A DNA stretch of 16,905 nt from contig JBKPAK010000204.1 in the NCBI GenBank assembly GCA_046726415.1, positions 1 through 16,905 on the forward strand, given 5' to 3'. This document shows, piece after piece, positions 8,145 through 15,147 of this stretch. The translations under genes and the position numbers were made by a program. A model generated the notes under the pieces. The model ran no database searches. It was not told the origin of the DNA and saw only the letters and a list, made by a program, of their open reading frames with translations. Each line of letters starts with the position of its first letter. Positions within the stretch are counted from its first letter, which is position 1. The stretch is from Candidatus Methylomirabilota bacterium (GTDB taxonomy: Bacteria; Methylomirabilota; Methylomirabilia; Rokubacteriales; CSP1-6).

Positions 8145-9728
8145 CTACACCGAGACGTTCCACAGGAGCGTGGCCCCGAACTGGAGCACGCCCTGCACGT
8201 TCTTGCGAAAGGCGTTGGGCACCACGAACTGGCCCCACGGCACGTAGGGCACCTCGTCGTAGGTGAGCTGCTGGATCTGCTCGACGATCTGCTTCTGGCG
8301 GGCGGCGTCCGGCGTGCGCGTGAACTCCGCGCGAAACTTCTCCATCTCGGGAATGGTCGGCCAGCCGAACCAGGCCTTGTCGCCGGCGCCGCCGATCCAG
8401 GCGTTGACGGCAGGGGTGACCACGTCGAGGCCGGTGGCCCAGGTGTGGAACACGTTCCAGCCGCCCTGGCCGACGGGGTCCTTCTTGGCGCGGCGTGCCA
8501 CCATGGTGGACCAGTCCATAGCTTGGATGTCCACGGTGGCCCCGATCGTCCGCAACAGTTCCGCCGTCACCAGGGCCGGGGCGTGGGCGTAGGGCGAGTC
8601 CGTGGGATCGAGGACGACCAGGGGCCGGCCGTCGTAGCCCGACTCCTTGAGCAACTGGCGAGCCCGATCGAGGTCCTGCTTCGGCGCGCCCACGTTGGTC
8701 TCGAAGGGCGTGCCGCCGCACATGAATATGGCCGGGCAGGTCTGGAAGTACTTCGCGTTGCCGATGACGGCCTCGAGGTACGTCTTCTGGTCGACCATGT
8801 ACAGGAGCGCCTGGCGCGCCTTCCTGTTGTTGAAGGGCGGGTGAAGGTGGTTCGGCCGCAGACAGCCCTGGCTGCCGCGCGGGTCGGTGACGAAGACGGT
8901 GACGCCGGCGTTCTTCTCGAGGCGGGGGACGAAGTCGAGGGGGATGTTTTCCCAGTAGTCGACCTCCCGGGCCTCCAGCGCCGAGCTGGCCGTGGCCTGG
9001 TCGGGGATGTAGCGCCACTCGAGCCGGTCGACATGGACGAGCTTGCCGCCGGCCGCTCCGCTGGGCTTTTCCTTGCGGGGCACGTAGTCGCCATTGCGCG
9101 CGTACACGACCTTGTTGCCGGGCTGCCACTCGTCCTTGACGAACTTGTACGGCCCCGAGCCGATGGCCTCCTTCACCTGCTCGTTGGGATCGGTGGAGGC
9201 CAGCCGCGCCGGCATGATGAAGGGCACGTTGCTCGATGGCTTGCCCAGGGCTTCCAGGACCAGGCCGAACGGCGTCTCGAGCTCGAGGGCAAAGGTCTTC
9301 CGGTCGGTGGCCGCGAACTTCCCGATGGAGGCCATGAAGAGCCTCCCCACCGTGTCGCGCGCTCCCCAGCGCTTGATGGAGACCACCGCGTCCTCGGCGG
9401 TCACGGGCTGGCCGTCGTGGAACCGGAGCCCGTCGCGGAGAGTGAACGACCACTTTCGCTTGTCGAGGCTGACCGTGAACCGGTCCACCATCTGCGGCTG
9501 GATCTTGAGGTTGGCGTCGGTGGCGAAGAGCGTGTCGTAGATCAGGTAGCCGTGGTTGCGGGTGATGTACGCCGTGGTCCAGATGGGGTCGAGGATCTTG
9601 AGGTCGGCGTGGGGCACGAAGCGGAGCACTCCGCCTTTCTTCTGGGCGCGCACCGCGGGAGCGGTCACCGCGCCGGCGGCGAAGGCGGCGCCTCCGGCGA
9701 GGAAGACGCGACGGGTCATCTGGCTCAT
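8145..9728 (-). CDS. ABC transporter substrate-binding protein, family 5 (DppA-like), Tat signal; paralog 1
   Basis: SD AGGAAGGAG before ATG 9728; MSQMTRRVFL twin-arginine leader; same family-5 motifs; 527 aa. Confidence 0.93.
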   Translation of the reverse strand: MSQMTRRVFLAGGAAFAAGAVTAPAVRAQKKGGVLRFVPHADLKILDPIWTTAYITRNHGYLIYDTLFATDANLKIQPQMVDRFTVSLDKRKWSFTLRDGLRFHDGQPVTAEDAVVSIKRWGARDTVGRLFMASIGKFAATDRKTFALELETPFGLVLEALGKPSSNVPFIMPARLASTDPNEQVKEAIGSGPYKFVKDEWQPGNKVVYARNGDYVPRKEKPSGAAGGKLVHVDRLEWRYIPDQATASSALEAREVDYWENIPLDFVPRLEKNAGVTVFVTDPRGSQGCLRPNHLHPPFNNRKARQALLYMVDQKTYLEAVIGNAKYFQTCPAIFMCGGTPFETNVGAPKQDLDRARQLLKESGYDGRPLVVLDPTDSPYAHAPALVTAELLRTIGATVDIQAMDWSTMVARRAKKDPVGQGGWNVFHTWATGLDVVTPAVNAWIGGAGDKAWFGWPTIPEMEKFRAEFTRTPDAARQKQIVEQIQQLTYDEVPYVPWGQFVVPNAFRKNVQGVLQFGATLLWNVSV

Positions 9729-9779
9729 GACGTGACTCCTTCCTGGCCGGGTTGCCCGGCAGACGAGCTCCGGAGATAC

Positions 9780-9816
9780 CGGCGCCGTGGCCGGATTATA
9801 TCCGGCCGCGTCGCCG
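9780..9816 (-). promoter_or_regulatory. Candidate promoter of the ABC operon: TATAAT -10 box inside a long palindrome
   Basis: + strand ATTATA 9795-9800 reads TATAAT on the - strand, ~66 nt before the ATG. It is flanked by inverted arms CGGCGCCGTGGCCGGAT / ATCCGGCCGCGTCGCCG (15/17 complementary). No consensus -35. Confidence 0.6.
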
Positions 9817-9841
9817 CCGGGCGGCGCCGCGTGTGACCGAT

Positions 9842-9897
9842 GCTCTGCGGAGGCGGGACCCCGGCGCACATCCGGCGCCGGGGCGACCCGTCAGAGC
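9842..9897. terminator. Extended stem-loop, possible terminator/structured element
   Basis: CCCCGGCGC(9859-9867)/GCGCCGGGG(9875-9883) core stem, extended by GGCGGG/CCCGTC and GCTCT/AGAGC; lies downstream of the - strand LLM transcription unit; no U-tract. Confidence 0.4.
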
Positions 9898-9933
9898 CTC
9901 GAGCGAGCTACGGGCAGGGCCTCCGTTCAGTGA

Positions 9934-10125
9934 CTACCGGATGGGAGTGGTGGAGGTTGGGACCCCCGGGTCGGGGTAGCTGACGTAGGTGGTCTCCTGG
10001 ATGATGCGGACCACGCCGGGAGACAGCGTCGTCGCAGCCGGGGCGCTCGCCGACTCGACCCTGTACACCGCCGCGAGGTGGTCGCGTGGGAGGACACGCT
10101 CAACCCCACCCGCCAGTCTTCCGTA
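9934..10125 (-). pseudogene. Probable 3' remnant of an unidentified gene
   Basis: Start-less frame YGRLAGGVERVLPRDHLAAVYRVESASAPAATTLSPGVVRIIQETTYVSYPDPGVPTSTTPIR* with mostly G/C third positions and protein-like composition; family not recognised. Confidence 0.4.
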
Positions 10126-10255
10126 TAGGGCAGAACTTCGCCGTCGCAGACAGTGGCCGACCGCACTGGGCGCACGCCCGAGGCAGGGATGCCGCGCATT
10201 CCTCGCAGAACTTCGCGCCCGGTTCGTTCGCGTGCTGGCACCGGGGACATTTCAT
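10100..10255 (-). pseudogene. Truncated double zinc ribbon (DZR) ORF, likely the 5' stub of an adenylate/guanylate cyclase-AAA-TPR type gene
   Basis: ATG overlaps the LLM stop (ATGA). MKCPRCQHANEPGAKFCEECAASLPRACAQCGRPLSATAKFCP then an unrelated tail IRKTGGWG*; the fourth CxxC is cut after its first Cys. Confidence 0.75.
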
Positions 10256-11322
10256 CGGCCGGACCCCCGGCGCTCGGGCTCCAGCTCGCGGACCCGCGGC
10301 ATCACCTCGCGGGCGAAGAGCTCCATGGAGCGCAGCACCTGATCGTCGCTCTGGCCGATCTTGAACAGAAAGACGAGGTCCGTCGGGCGCAACGCCTGCC
10401 ACAGCCGCTCGATCTTGCGAAAGCAGGTCTCGGGGTCGCCGAAGAATGAGTTGTCGTCGTAGAAGCTGTCGAAGTCGAAGGGCGTCGGCGCCACCGGGCC
10501 GCCGGACTGGTAGATCGTGCCGCCGCCCGGGGTGGGGCCGGCGGTGTACCACATCGCGGCCTCGCGGAACCACCGGATCCCCGGCTCGGTCACGCGGCGG
10601 ATCTCGTCGCGGGTGGCGTGGGCCACGTGGGCGGGGACGTGCACGTAGATCCCGATGTCGTCGATGCTGAGTCCCCGCCTCGCGAGGAGCTCCGCGAGCT
10701 GCTGCCGTCGCGCCACGATCGTCGCGGTGGTGGCGAGCGTGGCGGCGCTCATCCAGTGATAGCCCTGGCGGGCGATGTACTCGAGGGTCTCGGGGCTCTG
10801 ACCCGGCCACCAAATGGGCGGGTGCGGCCTCTGCTTGGGGACCGGTCGAATCGCCACCTCGTCGAGGGCGTAGTACTTACCCTTGAAGGTGACGGGCTCG
10901 CCCGTCCAGAGGCGCCGGATCACCTCGATGCACTCCCGGCCCTGCTCGCGGCTGACATCGGGGGAGACGTTGAACCCCTTGAACTCGTCCAGGCGGTAGC
11001 CGGTGCCCGCGCCAAACTCCAGGCGGCCGCCGCTGAGGAGATCGACCGTGGCCGCGTCTTCGGCGAGGCGGATGGGGTCCCAGTAGGGAAGGACGAACAC
11101 GGTGGATCCGATGCGCACGCGCCTGGTGCGCATGGCCACGGCCGCCAGCCACGTGGTGAGGCCCGAGTTGAGGCCGTGCAGGGCAAAGTGATGCTCGGTG
11201 AACCAGACCGCGTCGAAGCCCAGCGCCTCCGCCGCCTCGACCTCCGCCAGCGCGTCGAGGAAGCACTGTTCCTGGCTCTTGCCGGGCAACCACGGGATGC
11301 TGGTCACGACGCCGAGTCGCAT
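10252..11322 (-). CDS. LLM-class (luciferase-like) flavin-dependent oxidoreductase
   Basis: MRLG start; AEALGFDAVWFTEHH, DPIRLAEDAATVDLLSGGRLEFGAGTGY, P.P.QRPHPPIW, SMELFAREVMP motifs; 356 aa. Confidence 0.93.
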   Translation of the reverse strand: MRLGVVTSIPWLPGKSQEQCFLDALAEVEAAEALGFDAVWFTEHHFALHGLNSGLTTWLAAVAMRTRRVRIGSTVFVLPYWDPIRLAEDAATVDLLSGGRLEFGAGTGYRLDEFKGFNVSPDVSREQGRECIEVIRRLWTGEPVTFKGKYYALDEVAIRPVPKQRPHPPIWWPGQSPETLEYIARQGYHWMSAATLATTATIVARRQQLAELLARRGLSIDDIGIYVHVPAHVAHATRDEIRRVTEPGIRWFREAAMWYTAGPTPGGGTIYQSGGPVAPTPFDFDSFYDDNSFFGDPETCFRKIERLWQALRPTDLVFLFKIGQSDDQVLRSMELFAREVMPRVRELEPERRGSGR

Positions 11323-11329
11323 CGGCGTC

Positions 11330-11338
11330 AGCCTAGCA
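11330..11338 (-). promoter_or_regulatory. Extended -10 (TGcTAGGCT) 7 nt upstream of the LLM ATG, candidate leaderless promoter
   Basis: The - strand reads cgTGcTAGGCTgacgccgATG; no SD-like purine tract before the ATG. Confidence 0.55.
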
Positions 11339-11430
11339 CGCGCTGGATCGGTCTCCGCGCCCGAGCGGCCGTCCGCGGAGCGAGGACCCGCCTCCGGCTT
11401 GCCCCCGAACATCTCGCATATCGGGACCGC

Positions 11431-13002
11431 TCAGCTTTCCACGATTGCCGCCGGCCGGTCGACCTCGGCGGGCCTCTCGGCCATTCGCGGCCGCCGCCCC
11501 AGGAACAGGACGCACGGAATGACGGCCGCGAAGATCCAGGCGAGGCGCCAGAAGTTGTCGATGAACGACAGCGACAGCGCCTCGCGCTGCACAATCCCGT
11601 ACAGGTGCGCCCACGCTTGCTGCTCGGCAGTGACCGCGTCCGCTCCGCGCGCGGCGAACGTCCCCGCCAGCGCCTGGAAGCGGTCCCACACGTCCGGCTC
11701 GTACAGGCTCACGTGGGCGGCCAGCCGCGCCTGGTGGACCTGCGCGCCGCGCTCCAGCAGGGTCGCCATAGCCGCGATGCCGATGCTCCCCGCGATGGTC
11801 CGGGTGAAGTTGAAGAGCCCGGAGGCGTGTCCCACCTCGCGCATCGGGACGGCGCTGAGCGCCACCGTCGAGAGCGGCACGAAGGTGAAGCCGATGCCAA
11901 GCCCCTGGATGAGGCGCGGCAGCATGATGTGCCAGTAGCTCGCCTCCAGGGTGAGCGTGGCCATCAGGTACATGGCGTAGGCGTTCAGCGCGCAACCCGT
12001 CACGATGATCCAGCGCGGATCGATGCGGTTCATGAGGGCGCCGGCGATCGGCATCGTGACCAAGGTCGACACGCCACCCGGCGCCAGCACCAACCCCGCC
12101 AGCATCGCCGTGTAGCCCATGAGGATCTGGGTGAACAGCGGCGAGAGCACCATGATGCCGTAGAACGCGATGCTGATGACGAACATCCCCGCCGTGGCCA
12201 CCGCGAAGGTCGGGTGGCGCAGCACGCGCAGATCGACCACCGGCTCCTCCGCGCGCAGCTCGCGCACGATCAGCGCGACGATGGCCGCGGCCGCCACCGC
12301 GGTAAGCCCCACGATGAGCGACGAGGCGAACCAGTCCTCGCGCTGGCCCCGGTCGAGCACGAACTGCAGCGCGGAGACCCCCACCACGAGCAGGACGAGG
12401 CCGGGCACGTCCACCCGCCGCACCGCCGGCCGCTCCGTCGCGGAGTCGGGAACGAAGAGCCACGCCAGCACCACCGCGGCGGCGCCGACGGGCACGTTGA
12501 TGTAGAACACCCAGCGCCAGCTCCAATTGTCGGTGATCCAGCCGCCGAGCGTTGGCCCGATGATGGGTGCGAACATGATGCCGATGCCCCAGATGGCCAT
12601 CGCCATCCCGCGCTGGCGCGCGGGAAACGTCTCCATCATGGTCGCCTGGGAAAGCGGAACGAGCGGCCCGCCGGCGAGTCCTTGCAGGAACCGCGCGATC
12701 ACGATGAAGACCAGGCTGGGGGCCGCCCCCGTCGCAGCCGAGGTGATGGTGAATGCCACCGTGGCGACGATGAAGAGCCGCTTGCGGCCGAGCAGGTCGG
12801 TCAACCATCCGGTGATGGGCAGGCTGATGGCGTTGGCGACGAGGAATGAGGTGAGCACCCAGGTGATCTCGTCCACGCCGGCCGAGAGCGTACCCCGCAT
12901 GTGATCGAGCGCGACGTTGGCGATGGTGACGTCGAGGATCACCAGGATCGTCGCCATCATCGTCGTGACGGCGACGATACCGCGCTGAAGGCCCGGGCTC
13001 AT
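11431..13002 (-). CDS. DHA2-family MFS efflux permease (EmrB/QacA-like)
   Basis: LDVTIANVAL, WVLTSFLVANAI, GWLTDLLGRKR, RFLQG, GPTLGGWITDNWSWRWVFYINVP, LDRGQREDWF motifs; 523 aa; ATGA overlap with the upstream adaptor gene. Confidence 0.95.
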   Translation of the reverse strand: MSPGLQRGIVAVTTMMATILVILDVTIANVALDHMRGTLSAGVDEITWVLTSFLVANAISLPITGWLTDLLGRKRLFIVATVAFTITSAATGAAPSLVFIVIARFLQGLAGGPLVPLSQATMMETFPARQRGMAMAIWGIGIMFAPIIGPTLGGWITDNWSWRWVFYINVPVGAAAVVLAWLFVPDSATERPAVRRVDVPGLVLLVVGVSALQFVLDRGQREDWFASSLIVGLTAVAAAAIVALIVRELRAEEPVVDLRVLRHPTFAVATAGMFVISIAFYGIMVLSPLFTQILMGYTAMLAGLVLAPGGVSTLVTMPIAGALMNRIDPRWIIVTGCALNAYAMYLMATLTLEASYWHIMLPRLIQGLGIGFTFVPLSTVALSAVPMREVGHASGLFNFTRTIAGSIGIAAMATLLERGAQVHQARLAAHVSLYEPDVWDRFQALAGTFAARGADAVTAEQQAWAHLYGIVQREALSLSFIDNFWRLAWIFAAVIPCVLFLGRRPRMAERPAEVDRPAAIVES

Positions 13003-14303
13003 CGAAGCTCGATGACGGGGACGACCGACATGCCGGGCACGAGGAGCGCGTGCCCGTTCTGCCCCGGCTCGAGCACGAGCTTCACCGGAATGCGCTGGAC
13101 GACCTTCACGAAATTGCCGGAGGCGTTCTCCGGCGGCAGGAGGGAGAACCGGGAGCCGGTGCCGCTCTGGATCGACTCCACCCGCGCGCGCAAGGTGAGC
13201 CCGGGGTGCGTGTCGACCGAGATCGACGCGCCCTGCCCCGGGCGCACGTGGGTGAGCTGGGTCTCCTTGTAGTTCGCGATCACCCAGACGTTGGCGACGT
13301 CGACCACGGCGAGCAGGGGCTGGCCCGGCTGCAGGACCTGCCCCACCTCAACCGTCCGCCGCGTCACCCGGCCGGACACGGGCGAGGTGATCGTCGCGTA
13401 CTCCAGATTCAGCTCGGCCTCCCGCAGGGCGGCGCGCGCCTCGGCCATCTGCGCCTCGGCGCTGGCCGCCTCCGCGCTGCGGATGGGCACCTCGCCCCGG
13501 CGGCTTCGGGCATGGCGGAGCGCCGCGTCGGACTCCTCGCGCTGCCGCTCGGCCTGGGCCAGCGCCACCTCCTGACTGGCCACCTCCGCCTCGGCCTGCG
13601 CGACCTCGGCCCGCGCGAAGTCGAGGCGCTGCCGGGCCGCCTCGAGGGCCGCCCCGGTCGACTTGAACGCGCTGTCTGCGTGATCGAACTCCTGACGCGC
13701 GATCAGCGTGCGCTCGAGCAACTCCCGCATCCGGCCCCGATCGAGACCGGCTCGCTCGTGATCCGCCTCGCGCGCCGCGATGTCGGCCAGCGCTCCCTGC
13801 ACGGCCGCTCGACGCGCTTGGAGCCGGCTGCGACGCTCGTCGACTGCGCGCCGAGCGCTGTCGATGCCGAGCGCCGCCTTGGCCGCCGCCGCCTCGGCCA
13901 TGGCGACCTGACTGCTTGTGGCCTCCTCCGTCATGGGCACGCCCGCGGCCGCCATCTGCAGCCGACTCTGCGACGACGCCAGTGCCGCCCGGGCCTGATG
14001 GACCTTCACCTCGAGGTCCCGCGGGTCCAGGCGCACGAGCGGAGCCCCCGCCCGCACCTCCTCGTTGTCGCGGACGAGCACCTGGACCACGGTGCCGCGA
14101 ACCCGGGCGCTCACCGGTGACACGTGGGCCTCCACGAACGCGTCGTCAGTCGAGACGTGGCGATCCCAGTAGCGCCAGGCCCGGATGCCGTAGGCGCCGG
14201 CGGCCAGCGCGATCACGCCGAGGAGGGCAAGGGCGAACCCGCGTCGGCGCCGGCGCCTGGCGCCGCCTCGGTGGACGGCCGCTTCAGTGTCGCTGTCGCT
14301 CAC
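12999..14303 (-). CDS. HlyD/EmrA-family periplasmic adaptor of efflux pump (start uncertain: GTG 14303 or 14357)
   Basis: Arg-rich stretch then a TM helix; STDDAFV, VSARVRG, long Ala/Glu/Arg coiled coil, ANYKETQL, FSLLPPENASGNFVKVVQRIPV motifs. Confidence 0.92.
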   Translation of the reverse strand: MSDSDTEAAVHRGGARRRRRRGFALALLGVIALAAGAYGIRAWRYWDRHVSTDDAFVEAHVSPVSARVRGTVVQVLVRDNEEVRAGAPLVRLDPRDLEVKVHQARAALASSQSRLQMAAAGVPMTEEATSSQVAMAEAAAAKAALGIDSARRAVDERRSRLQARRAAVQGALADIAAREADHERAGLDRGRMRELLERTLIARQEFDHADSAFKSTGAALEAARQRLDFARAEVAQAEAEVASQEVALAQAERQREESDAALRHARSRRGEVPIRSAEAASAEAQMAEARAALREAELNLEYATITSPVSGRVTRRTVEVGQVLQPGQPLLAVVDVANVWVIANYKETQLTHVRPGQGASISVDTHPGLTLRARVESIQSGTGSRFSLLPPENASGNFVKVVQRIPVKLVLEPGQNGHALLVPGMSVVPVIELR

Positions 14304-14353
14304 CAGTGAGGCCCGAGCACTGCCGCCCCCCCACCGGTTCCGCCCTTCGTCAT
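14300..14353 (-). CDS. Putative 17-aa uORF (MTKGGTGGGAAVLGPHW) overlapping the emrA-like start
   Basis: SD GAGGAGGA 4 nt before ATG 14353; TGA 14300-14302 overlaps GTG 14303 (GTGA). Confidence 0.35.
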   Translation of the reverse strand: MTKGGTGGGAAVLGPHW

Positions 14354-14443
14354 CCACTCCTCCTCGACGTCATGCCGCGCCGTCACGCCGTTCGCGTCCT
14401 CGCTCCGTCGACTCGCCGGTCCTGGTCCCTCCCCTCGACCGCC

Positions 14444-14974
14444 TCATCCAGCCCTCCGGCGACGGCGTGAGCGCGGCGCGCGACCGTTCGTCGCGCCGTC
14501 CCCGGGCGCGATGAACGTCGGGGTCCGTTTCACGACCTCGAGCACGCTCGACGTCGTCGTGCGCACGATCCCCGAAACGCGGGACAACCGCCGCGTGATG
14601 AAATCGAGCAGTTCCTGGTTCGAGCGGAAGACCGCCGCGGCGAGCACGTCATAGCCCCCGGTGGTGATGCCCACGAAGTAGACCTCGGGAGCGTCGGCCA
14701 GGCTCTTCGCGACGGCCCGGATCTTCGGCATCTCGGCCTGGATCTCGACGATCGCCCAGATCTGGTACCCGAGCTGGAGCGGGTTCGTCATCACCGTGAA
14801 CTCGATCAGCCCCTGGCGAACGAGGCGGTTCAGCCGGTGGCGGACGGTCGATTCCGGCATGGACAGCCGGCTGGCGATCCTCGCCACGGACCCGCGAGGA
14901 TCACCTTGCAACGACCGGATGATCTCGACGTCGGCAGGGGCGAGTTTCGCGGAATCCACCGGCGCGCGCTCCAA
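14444..14974 (-). CDS. Lrp/AsnC-family transcriptional regulator
   Basis: SD TAAGGAG 7 nt before TTG 14974 (alternative GTG 14959). HTH D..II..LQ.D.R.S...IA..L...ESTV..RL.RL, NP.QLGY linker and RAM domain (PEV.FV..TTG.YD). Confidence 0.9.
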   Translation of the reverse strand: MERAPVDSAKLAPADVEIIRSLQGDPRGSVARIASRLSMPESTVRHRLNRLVRQGLIEFTVMTNPLQLGYQIWAIVEIQAEMPKIRAVAKSLADAPEVYFVGITTGGYDVLAAAVFRSNQELLDFITRRLSRVSGIVRTTTSSVLEVVKRTPTFIAPGDGATNGRAPRSRRRRRAG

Positions 14975-15033
14975 GGGGCTTCTCCTTACCGAATCAGCCA
15001 GCACAAGGCTCGAGAGTTGTGGAATCGACAAAA

Positions 15034-15062
15034 AGAATATATGTCTTCTGCTGCAATCACAA
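15034..15062 (-). promoter_or_regulatory. Candidate sigma70 promoter of the Lrp gene with overlapping Lrp-box-like site
   Basis: The - strand reads TTGTGA-17 nt-TATTCT in a conspicuously AT-rich patch; AGAATATATGTCT (15034-15046) has the AGA-N7-TCT form. Confidence 0.5.
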
Positions 15063-15147
15063 CCGTCGGCCCGACAGGGCGCACCAGAAGCTCAGCGAGG
15101 GCGCCGACCGCGCAGTTGGCCGAGCGCACCTCACGAGCGAGAGGGCA

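Noticed and set aside
6529..9453. 974-aa ORF suggesting a double SBP fusion
   Set aside because: Same frame-offset artefact; the real gene has its own SD and Tat leader at 8118.
8103..9836. 577-aa + strand ORF
   Set aside because: Antisense shadow of the SBP gene in high-GC DNA; no recognisable motifs.
11386..11395. 10-nt inverted match (CCCGCCTCCG) to CGGAGGCGGG at 9848-9857 as element ends flanking the LLM region
   Set aside because: Too short and GC-rich to be significant; no target duplication or transposase.
10618..12849. 743-aa + strand ORF
   Set aside because: Antisense shadow of the LLM and MFS genes; Arg/His/Gly-rich, no domain.
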